This document shows, in pieces, positions 1 through 12,037 of a stretch of 64,000 nucleotides of DNA (the stretch's first letter is position 1; every line of letters begins with the position of its first letter). This DNA is from Octopus bimaculoides. Lineage: Eukaryota. The notes beneath the pieces were generated by a model. The model worked only from the letters and a program-made list of their open reading frames with translations, searched no databases and was not told the origin of the DNA. The DNA lies in the NCBI RefSeq assembly GCF_001194135.2, contig NC_068986.1, positions 80,258,819 through 80,322,818 on the forward strand. The letters run 5' to 3'. A program made the translations under genes and the position numbers.

Positions 1-26
1 AGTGGTCGTCCTTATATATAAATGTA

Positions 27-63
<37 letters not shown>

Positions 64-147
64 AATTTCTCTATTCCTGAGTGTTATACTAATACATCCA
101 CTTGTTGCTTACACTATCTGTCTTTGTTGTTTTTTTGTGAATTTTCC

Positions 148-187
<40 letters not shown>

Positions 188-1398
188 GCACATACATACG
201 ACAGGCTTCCATATAGTTTGCGACTATCAAGTTCACTCACAAAGCATTGATCAGCTTGGAGCTATAGTAAAAGACACTCGCCCAAAATGTCATGCAGTGA
301 GACTGAACCAAAACCATATGATTGCAAAGCAAGCTTCTTAACTACACAGCCATGTCATATGCTTAGAAAGTTATAGAAGAAACAAACTACAACATCTAAC
401 TCTCAAATTCCAAATTTAGGCTTTCAGAAATAGGGGAAAGTAGATTAGTAGAAATAATTGAGGACGATGAGAAATGTAATATTCATTTTCTGTTGTCAAA
501 GAGCTTAACAGATACAAAACAATAAACTTGTACAGTACAATTTATAACAGTAGCTTCATTTAAGCATTCAGGACAGGCCTCTCATTTGAAGGGCCTGAAA
601 AGGATCATTGATGCAATCCTTCCTTATCTTCACTAAGCAATAACAAGAAAAAAAGTGTGTGTGTGTGTATGCATATTAGATCTAACTCCAATGAGTTATA
701 AAAAAATTCTACTTTAATGTAACTAACAACTAAGAAATACCATATATTTAGTAATTTTTTTTTTATCAAATAAGTAAAAATTAAAGATAGGACATCAAGA
801 AAGAGTACTTGTTATGGGAACAATTTTGACTGAGTCATCAAATTCTATGTGTACGAGTTTCATTAATTGACTGACAGGAGAAAACCTTAAAAAACAAAAA
901 AAAAAAACAAAAGAAAAGATGGTTGTATTAGAAAAAGAAGTAACTGGTACAGAATTCAGCAAGCTCTCCAAGACCTGCAATCAGGAAATAACTTGCAGCC
1001 TGTTCGGGTGATGAAGTACCAACAGGATAAAGTCAGTATTGATAAAAGCTGGAGTACAAAGAATAGAGATGCAAACTGAAAGACTGGTCATTCTGCTTCT
1101 GAATGCTCTGGGACTGATGATCATTTGTCCCCACCCGTGACTTCATTGTAACTAACAACTACTTTGTTCTCACATATTTTTTAAGTAGTTAAAACTACTG
1201 GAAGCAAATAAATCATAATATTAATTAAAATGGATATATCTGTAAGAATTATCCATTTCAATTAAATTATTGTCTAATTTCCCCCTTTTAAATAAAAATA
1301 AAAATGTGAAAAAAAAGTATAACTTTCAGTTTCATTATCTGAGTTTATATCTTTTCCAAAAGAGTTGTGTTGATTTTTGTTTTGACATTTTTTTACGC

Positions 1399-1577
1399 AT
1401 GCACACACACACACACGCACGCACAAATACATACACACACACACACACACACACGCAAATACATACACACACACACACGCAAATACATACACACACACAC
1501 ACGCACAAATACATACACACACACACACACGCACAAATACACACACACACACACAAATNNNNNNNNNNNNNNNNNNN

Positions 1578-1616
<39 letters not shown>
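1399..1616. repeat. Compound (CA)n/ACAAATACAT microsatellite followed by (TA)n
   Basis: Visible directly; many other (TA)n, (CA)n and (GA)n tracts occur throughout the window. Confidence 0.95.
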
Positions 1617-1619
<3 letters not shown>

Positions 1620-1787
1620 TTTAAGTTAGAGATATTTAGGGATTTTTACAGCAGTTTGGAAAACTAACTTTGTACATGAAAGAGCAACTCTTTAGTCTTT
1701 ATCACAGCGTATTTGAGAGAATTTGATTTCTGAACTATTTACACCAGTAAAAAAATAATAATGTTTCAAAATGAACAATGGACAGGA

Positions 1788-2003
1788 TTATAAACTTGCC
1801 ATCATGGCTTCCACTATTTCATTTTTCTCTCCTTTTGATTTCCAATTCCTTCTAGGAATATCATATGCCTTGCTGCCGCCAGAGATGATTTCCTTATCAC
1901 AGTCATTAAAAAGAGAGAACTCATCAATTGAAAGAATTGTCTTATCTTCAGCATCATTGACATCTTGTGGTAAAAAGTCATCATCATCATCATCAATACG
2001 ATT
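1788..2003 (-). CDS. RRN3: RRN3 coding exon 15 (terminal, TAA at 1790-1788)
   Basis: NRIDDDDDDFLPQDVND...EIVEAMMASL* (human EDEDDDFL). ttcag acceptor, 216 nt, phase 0. The total CDS of 1842 nt is divisible by 3. Confidence 0.85.
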   Translation of the reverse strand, partial: NRIDDDDDDFLPQDVNDAEDKTILSIDEFSLFNDCDKEIISGGSKAYDIPRRNWKSKGEKNEIVEAMMASL

Positions 2004-2559
2004 CTGAAATTTAAGAAAAAATTCTAATTTTTTTTTTAAATCAAACATTTCCTTCAATTTTCTTTTTTGAAAAGTATCTTCATTTCACATGTTAACAATA
2101 AGTGCCAGGTTTTTACAATTACAGTTGAAAAACTTTTAAAGTGTGTTTCGAGACTAGGGAGCTTTTTAGGCTAAAGAGCTGGGTTCTATGGCTTGTAAGT
2201 AAATAAGAGTATGCAACTAGTGACTACCTCCCCTGGCTGGAATGCTCAACTCAATCTCTCATTTACACTTTTATATCATCATCATTATTTAACGTCCATT
2301 TTCCATGCTGGCATGGGTTGGATGGTTTGACTGAGGTCTGGAAAGCCAGAGGCTGCACCAGGCTCCAATCTGATCCGGCAATGTTTCTACAGCTGGATGC
2401 CCTTCCTAACACCAACCACTCCAAGAGTGTAGTGGGTGCTATTTACATGCCACTGGCACAGGAGCCAGTCAGGTGGGCCTGGTATCAATCATGTTCGGAT
2501 AGTGCTTTTTACATGCCAATTCCTGGGCACAGGAATATTGGTTAACCATGGCTCAGATA

Positions 2560-2830
2560 TATAAGGACAAGCTGAAGAGTTAACATCTCCACAGTGAAGA
2601 TAGCTCACAACACCTTTGAGCAAACAGCCTTGGAGTAAACAAAATGGAGATTGTTGCGTCAAAATGGTAAAAGAGACTTTGTTTCAACCAGCATTAACAG
2701 GCTGAGGGGTGCAAGGCAAAGGAGAAAAGCAGTTATAAATATACTGCCTGCAATGACCCATAATCCTCATATTTGCAATGTCTGTGGGCTTCTGTGCAAA
2801 TTGTTGGCAAGATTCAAATATCACATTCAG
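2560..2830 (+). mobile_element. RTE/BovB-like LINE ORF2 C-terminal relic
   Basis: KWRLLRQNGKRDF..RQRRK..HICNVCGLLC..KYH resembles the terminal CxxC..H motif of BovB-type ORF2. Confidence 0.55.
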
Positions 2831-2914
2831 GAAAGAAAGTGGTGGTTGTCAGATCCTCATACGCCGAAACCAATGGAAAAGTCCATCATATATATATATA
2901 TATATAACGTAAAA

Positions 2915-3145
2915 AATACCATTTTGAGCATGGTCGTTGCCAGTACCACATGACTGGACTTCGTGCCGGTGGCACATAAAAGCACCCAATACACTCTTGG
3001 AGTGGTTATCGTTAGGAACGGCATCCAGCTGTAGAAACTCTGCCAGATCAGATTGGAGCCTGGTGCAGCCAGCTGGGTCGCCAGTCCTCAGTCAAATCAT
3101 CCAACCCATGCTAGCATGGAAGTTGGACGTTAAATGATGATGACG
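2915..3145 (+). mobile_element. Short RTE-tail element (5'-truncated LINE or tail-sharing SINE; representative)
   Basis: ..GGCATCCAGCTGTAGAAAC..CCATGCTAGCATGGAA..GTTAAA(TGA)n, the same in kind as the tail of the RTE at 51660-51820. More than ten copies occur on both strands (e.g. 2280, 3155, 16300, 31680, 39500, 44910, 46135, 47255, 54190). Confidence 0.85.
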
Positions 3146-3602
3146 ATATATAATCATTGTTTAACAACCACTTTCCATGCTTGCTGACGTGGGTTGGACA
3201 GTTTGGATGAAAACTGGTGAGCCGGGAGGGGGGGGGGCTGCACCAGGTTCCAGTCTGATTTGGCAAGGTTTCTACTGCTGGATACCCTTCCTAACACCAA
3301 CCACTCTGAGTGTAGTGGGGGCTTTTTATGTGCCACCGGCATGGGTGGCATTAACCTGACACCAGTATCAGCCACGACTATAGTCTCACTTGGCTTGACA
3401 AGTCAGCACAAGCACGGTATATCGCCAAGGGTCTTGGTCACCTGTTACTGCTTCCATGAGGCCCAACGCTTGAATGGTTTTTTTTATGTGCCACCGGTAC
3501 AGGTACCAGTCAGACAGCACTGCCATCGGCCATGACTACGATTTCACTTGGTTCAACAGGTCTTCACAAGTACAGTATATCACCCAATGACTGGAGGGTG
3601 TT

Positions 3603-3633
<31 letters not shown>

Positions 3634-5054
3634 GTATATGTACACACACATACACATATACATACATATATATAAAGCTTCTTTCAGTTTCTATCAACCA
3701 AATCCACTCACATGGTATTAGTCAGCCTGGGGCTATAGTAGAAGATATTTCCCCAAGGTGCCACACAGTGAGATTGAACCCAAAACTGTATGATTGGGAA
3801 GCTAACTTCTTACCACACAGCCAATTTATTCATATACATGGACTCTCTCAATCAAGTCAATTTCAAGTTGTTCCACTAACGCATCTAGCTCCTCATTGAG
3901 TTATATATTAAGAGTGATTGTACTCTTAATGACAGAGATATCCATTATTCAATTCCAATATCTTGTTACTAGTAATCAGCTGCAGCATTTAGCAAAGTGG
4001 GTCGAAGTACTAAAACTGTTCAGAATCATAAATTAAAATATTCTGAACTGTCATATTTTTATTAGCCTCTCCAGCTACACATAAAAATACTCTTCTGACA
4101 GCAGGTAATCTGATAAAATTATTTTGATGTAAAAATATTAGGAAGAAATAAAATGAAAAAAAAAAAAAAAAGAGAAAATTTTTATTATTATTATTATTAT
4201 TTATTTTCTTTAACTTGTTTTGCTTAGTTTTAGACTCTCATAAGTTCACAGATGTTGAAAACAATACATCATACACTTTTAAAAGAAAAAAGGACTGTCT
4301 GAAAGTTTAAGCTTGTGTATTTATTTATCTTGGCCTGGAACTATTGGTTGTTAATAATCCACTGCAGACTACATCCATGTAACCCACCCATTATTCCTGA
4401 GACAGTCATGAGATTAGGGTCCTCAGACCTCTCTTGAAGGTCCTTTCAAAAGCAACTATCATTACACTTTCTGGCTGGACTCCCCAGGCATGACCAACAG
4501 AGACTATGGATATTATCCAACCATCTTGTTTGTGGTCTACAAAAGAACTTCACATACACACCATACTTTCTGTATCACATACTCACTATAAAAAGGAAAT
4601 AAAAATAATTTCAGTTATCTCTCTTTCTTTCTTTCTCTCTCACATACACACACCAGCAACATTACACACACACACACATGCCAACTTCAAAAGAAATTGC
4701 GCTCTCTATTTCTTTCATTTTTACGATGTCGTTTCCCCCCCCCCCAACACTTTTTACGGAAAAGGCCGATGTGATGTAAACAAACACACGTGCTTTAAGT
4801 GACAGCTTTGGCACTAGTATCAAAAGATCGCTCTAGGAAGCTTCCCAAATATTTGAAAGGATATATTTCACAGATGCACCCCACCTACTGTCCATCGGCT
4901 ATATTTTAGATTTTCATTCTCTGTCAATATTAAACCATTTTTTTATCACTTTCATCTTATAGTTTATTGAATTTCTTTTTGAACTTAACATTCACCTTTA
5001 GATTTTTAAAAAGATATTGGATTTAATCTCTCTTCATGGTCACTACTAGAATAT

Positions 5055-5370
5055 AACTGGCACTCCATCAGTCACAACGATGAGGGTTCCAGCTGACCTG
5101 ATCAATGGAACAACCTGCTTATGAAATTAATGTGCAAGTGGCTGAGCACTCCAGAGACATGTGTACCCTTAACATAGTTCTCAGGGAGATTCAGTGTGGC
5201 ACAGAGTGTGACAAGGCTGGCCTTTTAAATACAGGTACTACTCATTTTTGCCAGCTGAATGGACTGGAGTAGCATGAAATAAAGTGTCTTGCTCAAGGAC
5301 ACGTGTTGCCAGAAATGAACTCACAACCATATGATCGTAAGCTAAATACCCTGACCACAAAGCCACACGC
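5055..5370 (-). mobile_element. SINE family C (representative)
   Basis: The shared block GATGAGGGTTC..GAAATTAA..CAAGTGGCTGA..CTTAACATAGTTCTC recurs at ~44575-44880 (-) and ~43000-43290 (+, tRNA-like head). Confidence 0.75.
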
Positions 5371-5574
5371 CTTCACTATGATAAAACAGCAGTCTGAAAC
5401 AGGCAGTTTAAATTTTCAAAAACAAAAATATCTTTTTATCAGTGAAAATCAAAATAGATCTGATTTTAAGGTAAAATTCTTCTAACAGCTGGGTTTTTAT
5501 TTTTCATTAACTCTTAATAAAATAAAAAACAATGAAACTAAATTTCATGAACAAAAATAAAGTAGTGTACAAAC

Positions 5575-5650
5575 CTTTAGATATGTAGCTTGATTGTTGG
5601 GAACTGTTGTATCATATTCTCTGTATATTGGTTGGATAAAAGGACTAGAC
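5575..5650 (-). CDS. RRN3: RRN3 coding exon 14
   Basis: (R)SSPFIQPIYREYDTTVPNNQATYLK (human RSKKFIDPIYQVWE). tatag/gtttgt, 76 nt, phase 2/0. Confidence 0.9.
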
Positions 5651-7985
5651 CTATATACACAAAACAAATGAAAAAGAAAAAGATTGAGGGTGAAACAATA
5701 CAGTTTTCCTTATTTTCAATGACTTAACATTCATTTGCTTTTACATATGTAAAGGTTGGCCCAGAATGGAGGAATATAAACCCTTGAGTGTTCAGATTAC
5801 TCTGTCAAATGTAATACTTCTTTATTCAAATTGTTTTGAAATAATCTCGCATTTTCTTACAGCTTTGCTGGTACCATAAAGAAAAGCAGCACCCAGTACA
5901 CCCTGTAAAATGGTTGGTGAACAAATAGGGAAAATGAAAGATCTGTTAGTCTTGCAGTGGTCATGACAATCTTACATGTACTGGTACTATGATAAAATGC
6001 ACCCAGTACACGTTGTAAAGTGGTTGATGATAGGAAAAGCAAACGGCTAAGAAACCACGCCAAAAATGGTAGTTCAAGCAAGACATTGCCTTCAAACAAG
6101 AAATGATATTTGGAAATACCTAAAACAAAATTGAAGAAAATGATTATAAAGATTTCTTTACCCTATCAAATGTGAAGCTTTATTCCTCCTACCAAATAAA
6201 AGTATCAGATTTATATCAGCTTCACTAAAACTTTTCAATTTATACAATTTTAACAGTACACAGACAAAGTTGTGTGGTTGAGAGCTGTGTTTTTCACAAC
6301 TATGTAATCCCGGTTAGATCTATTGTGCAGTACCCTGAAGTCTTCTATCATAGTTTCAGGTTGAGCAATACCTTGTGAGTGAAATTAGGCAGACAGAAAA
6401 TGTGTGAAAGTCTGTCATGAAAGTGTAGATATCTGTAGTGGCAAAGATATACAGGGTAGACTAATTAATGGTAAATCAGTGCATCAAACAAAAATACATC
6501 ACTATCATCATCATTATTATCACTTTAACTTTTCCATGTTTGCATGGGTCAGACAGAGTTTATTGAGGCAAATTTTTTATAGCTAGATGCTCTTCCTGTT
6601 GCCAACCCTTACTTATTTCTAAGCAAGATGATAATTCCCCATGGTCAAACATGTTTCAACAGAATACTAGAAATGAACAACATTCATTTGCAACAATCAC
6701 AAAATGTCAACACAAAGAGAGAGAGACACACAGACACACATATATATAGCACAACAAATCCTTGCAGTTTGCTGTGCTTGAAAAGACACGTCAAGCTAAG
6801 TAAAAGCATGATTGCCCTCGCATACAGGTTCATCCCTTGCAAACCCACTCCAGCTGAGCATCACTAATCATGCAGGCTCATAGGTGCTGGCACCACGTAA
6901 AAAGCACCCAGTACACTATGTAAAGTGGTTGGCATTAGGAAGGGCATCCAGCTACAGAAACTATGCTAAAACAGACAAACCGTCCAACCCATGCCAACAT
7001 GGAAAACAGTCAGATAATAATGATTATTAATGATATATATATATATATATATACACACATACACCTTTTTTTGTTTCCATCTACCAAATCCATTACCAAG
7101 ATCAGCACAAGGCTATAGTAGAAGACAGTTGTCCATGGTGCCACTCAGTGGGACTGAACCAAAAACCATGTGGTTTGAGAAGGAAACTTCTAAACCAAAC
7201 AACCACAACTGCACCTAATCTGGTGGTATATATTTTGCCAAAGCCAGAATTTCAGACACTTTCTTGTCACTACTCTTGACTTCAGAAATAGTGATTGGCT
7301 CAACTGGAAATCTATAACCAGTGCTTCTGTCATACCAAAATACATCGTATAAATTATAATTTTTAAAATTTACTTATTGCTTTCCACCCAACTTCATCAC
7401 CATCATTACTATTTCAGATGTTTTCCATGCTGGCATGGTTTGGGCAGTTTAATAGGAAACAGTGAGCCAGAGGAGAGTTAAGCTCTACTGTCTGCTTTGG
7501 CACAATTTCCATGTCTGGATGCGCTTCCTATCACCAACCACTTTACAAAATATACTGGGTACTTCTTACATAGCACCAACACGGTTACCACATAACTGAA
7601 GGGGAATGGTATTGAGGGAAGTGGTTTTATGCCAGATGATAAGAGGTTAGAGTATGATAGAAGAAGAGAAACAAGTGTCATGGTGTAGAGGAAGTACATG
7701 GCTACCCCAGCTAGAAAAGAGGGGAGAGAAGATAGGATGGTGGTGAAGATGTGCTGGGGCATTCTCTCAATGCACAGGGGAGGTGAATATAAGGGGTACA
7801 AAAGAATTGGACACGGTAAATGGGCAGAGAAGTTTGTGGGAAAATGAAAGGAGAGTGAGGGGAGAGGAATGCAGTGAGTGGTTAACATGGGTGGAGGGAG
7901 AGAATAATCCATTGTACAAGTTCAAAGACTCCTGATTCTGTTTTGTAAAAGTTCCTTTCCAAACAACAAAAACAATAAAGCTTAC

Positions 7986-8129
7986 CTTGATAATAAATAA
8001 GGATCAAAAGGAAAGAAAGAGTTAAGAATACAATCTCTGTCCACATAAGCAATCTGAAATGATTCTTCTTTGAGAATTTCACGCCGGTTTTTCTCAATAA
8101 TAGTGTCACACATTGCCAACTGGTAGAGT
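7986..8129 (-). CDS. RRN3: RRN3 coding exon 13
   Basis: LYQLAMCDTIIEKNRREILKEESFQIAYVDRDCILNSFFPFDPYLLS (human YQLVFCYTIIERNNR..LDTFFPFDPCVL). ttcag/gtaagc, 144 nt, phase 2/2, follows a ~16.7-kb intron. Confidence 0.95.
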
Positions 8130-8517
8130 CTGAAAAAAAAAAATATCATTCATTGATTCCTTTTCATGCTATAACTTGGACAGCATCAACATTATTCAAT
8201 AACAATCCTTATCAAAGTCATCATCCTTATCGTTTAACATTCACTTTTCCCTGACTGCATGGGTTCAGCAGAGATTTTGTCAAGGCAGATTTTCTATGGC
8301 CGGAGGGCCTGCCTCTCACCAACCATCACCAGTTTCCAAGCATATGTGTATACATATTATATATGTGTGTATATGCAAATGTAAGTGAATATTGATATTT
8401 TCACCAAATTCATGTGAGTGGATTTGGTAAACATTAAATACTGATGATGATAATCATATTCATTTTCATAATATTAATTATATAGCTCTTACAAAAGCCA
8501 ACAACAGTTAATATGGC

Positions 8518-8548
<31 letters not shown>

Positions 8549-11500
8549 TAATTCATTAAGCTTGTTCCCAAAGTTAATCAAATATCCTCATATTCTGAAA
8601 GAGTTAAAATACTTTTACTTCTTATCATCATCATCATTGTTTAACGCCCACCTTCCATGCTAGCATGGACATCTTACCGAAGATGAAATTTTACATGTAA
8701 ATATTTGATTTACAAGTCCAAAAACAATTGTTTTCTTCATATTTCTTAAAACTTAAATATTTTATTTCAAAATCAACACAATGTTTTTGTAACTCGTCAG
8801 TTGCTTTTGTTGTGAATATTTATTCTATTGACATGTAACCAAAAAACTAACAAAATAGTTGAGCTTTTTTTTTTTAATTGTTAAAGCAAAATATATTTAT
8901 TTCATACTTTCTTTGTATGACAGCATTTTTTTTTTCTTTAGCCAACTTAAATTACTTATTCCAATGAAGTTTTTAAATATATTATCCACTTCTTTAAAAT
9001 TTATTTAAATCATATTAGTTATAATTAAACAACAATGTAGTATCAAAATGTAAATGAAAATAGGTGAATGAACTAAACCGAAATTGAAGATACTCTTATC
9101 ATGTACTGTGTTAACATTCATCATATATCTTTTGTCTGTAACTCATTTAGGTTAATGGACTGTGGGTATGCATGGAAACCCACTTCAAAGGTTTAGTTGA
9201 ACTTATTTCTAAAGAAGTCTGGTACTTATTCTATCCCTTTTTACCTAACTGCTTCATTATGGGGACATAAATAAAGCAACATTTGCTGTGGGATGGGGAA
9301 GTAAACACAAACACACACATACATAACAGATTTCCAGTTTCACCAAATTCACTCAAGCATATAGAAGACACTTAACCAAGGTGCCACACAGTGAGACTGA
9401 ACTGGAAACCACATAGTTGCAAAGCAAGCTTGTTAACCACACAGTTAAACATGATAGTTTTTGATTTTTAATTCTTATGCCATGCTTTACATTATTTCAT
9501 TTTGCCTAATATTTAATACAATATACCATTTTGTTAGTTTTTAAAAATGCCTGTAGCATGTTACTGAGCAACACTTTAAGCCCTCTCAAGAAATTAAATT
9601 CTTCATGTGTTTGTTTTTAACATGATGGCTTTTCAAAATCCTCAAGACAATTTTTAATAATAAAAAAAACCATTATCAAAACATCAAGCACATTTATTGT
9701 GACAGTTTCAAACCTACATGATTTATAAATGAATCTAACAAATCCAAAAACTGTTATACAACCTAACATTTGTTTTACTACAGATATTTATTAAGAAAAA
9801 TGAAACAGTGCAATGCAAAGCCAAATGCATGAAATACACCCATTTCTTAACAGAATTTTGAAATAGAATAAGACATCCAGAATTCTAATCTAAAATTTTC
9901 TCTACCTGCATAAATTTTTTACTGTATCTTGGGAGGGTCATTATGCCGATAAAAAAAAAACACACACAGGCTCTATTTCGCTTCTTTTATTATTAGTCAG
10001 TTGGTTACGGCAATGAACAGGCAGAACCACCAGCACACTAGACATATTGCTTAGCAGTATTTTGTCCACCTTTTGTAAGTTCAATTTTCCAAGGTCAACT
10101 TTCAGGGTCAATAGAATAGATACCAGCTTAGCACCAGGATCATAATCAACCAGCCCCTTAGCCCCTTCCCCGAAAAATTTCAAGCCTTGTACCTATAACA
10201 GAAAAGATTATTAATCAGCTTGTTAATCATTGAACCAATTAATTCATCAATTGCTTGATTAATTGATCAGTGTGAAACAGAGCTGGAGTATCATTGATGA
10301 GGTTGCAAACAGCAATGCAAGGAAAGGAAAGGACTTATATTTTTATCTTATATTCTATCTCATCCTTAATATACTGAGCTGACACATTTTGTGGTGTACA
10401 AAAAATTATTTCAATTTTCCTTCTCTTCAAATGCACCTCCTATTATACAATTTGGATAATTCATAAGATGAAATTGCAGTAAATTGTAATCTTGAAAGGT
10501 CTCTAACTTAAATTAAATTCTTTATATCTATGCGTATTATGTGTGTGCATACTCATGCATGCATAATATTTTTATTTAACACTGCTGCACCACAAAAGGC
10601 TAAGACATGGTATTCACTTGTACTACATTCCTAACAATAACATCTGTTAATCCTCCCTAAATTTTTACTTTTTGTTTTCGTTTTTGTTTTTGTTTTTTTC
10701 ATTCTGAATTCCTTCATGTTGCAATCTAGCCTTCTAAGCTAAGAGGATAAAAAGAATTTTTTATTTTTTATTTTATCCAAGTTTTTTTTTTTTCATGGTA
10801 AGAATATGAAAACATTGTGAGTGATAAGAGTTAACCAGCTTCTTCAGCCAACTGAAACTAATTGTATAAATTGAGATAAAATAAATAAACGTAATTAAGA
10901 AAAGAAGTAAGCGAATAATATTCCACAGACAATATCAATAGAAATAGACATATACCATGAAAAACTTTCATCTATCTGAGATAATAGAGAATTAATATTT
11001 AGCAATTTTGGCACCTAGACAAGAAATAAATAACCTTGACATCGTTCCCAAACACTAAAAACTAGCAGACACTACAGCAGAGAATTATAGCAAGAAATGC
11101 AGTCAGCTCGATAAAATTCCAACCTGTACAAAGTGTTCTTTTATGAAGAAGAATCTAGAAGTTCTTTAATGTCAGCACCATTCTACACATGAATAAGACT
11201 TTATTGGCAGAGGGAGGTTGTATCCTTAAATAATATATTAAATAAAACAACTAAACGAAGAATTAAAATTCAGCTAAAATATCTAAAATTAAACTTTTGA
11301 CATCTGCTCAAGTAAATATATTTAAAATGTGAATTAAGAAATAAACTTTTATCGCTATAATTATTTAGCAAAAAAAAAAATACATATTTTACCCACTGCC
11401 ATAAATATTAATTTCCATATGTGTAGAGCTTTCAAAATATGCTGAAAATATAAGTCAGACATGAAAGGACAATGCCTTATGACCGTTTGCAGGAGATACA

Positions 11501-11918
11501 TGGGCGGGGGGCACAGCTGCTGCATTAGGTTGCTCACCAGGATATCAAATTTTCCACAAAGCAGAGATTTGAATGTTTTTGCAATAGAGTGAGCTCCACT
11601 AAAAGAACTCCACAAAAATTTGGTTTTAAACCAGGCAACACATTAAGACTGCCCTCCATTAACAGCTACACTTCATCCATCAGGTTTCCAGCTACTTCAT
11701 ATCACTTAAAAGGCATGAGACAAATCAAATCTATGATAGAATGATAGACACTTGCACAAAGTACCACACAGTGAGATTGAACCTGGATTTATGTGGTTAT
11801 GAAGTAAACTTCTTCACCATATAGCCATGCCAGCACCTATATTAAGTGTAATTACTAGCCAAATGAACAAGAATATTATTACTTTTTTATATTTAGAAAT
11901 AATAATTTTTAGTTTCAA

Positions 11919-12037
11919 TCTAGTCTAGTCCTATGAACACATCCAGGACTAAGACACTTGATTAGATGTCTTGCAAACAACTTGACACATCTAATCGAGT
12001 GTCTTAGTCCTGGATGTGCTCATAGGACTAGACTAGA
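11919..12037. repeat. Near-perfect inverted repeat (51-bp arms, 17-nt loop)
   Basis: 11919-11969 is the reverse complement of 11987-12037 with 2 mismatches. Confidence 0.95.

Noticed and set aside
795-980. Possible additional RRN3 3' exon
   Set aside because: Exon 15 already ends in a stop with no good donor, and this ORF has no similarity to RRN3 and contains an A-run.
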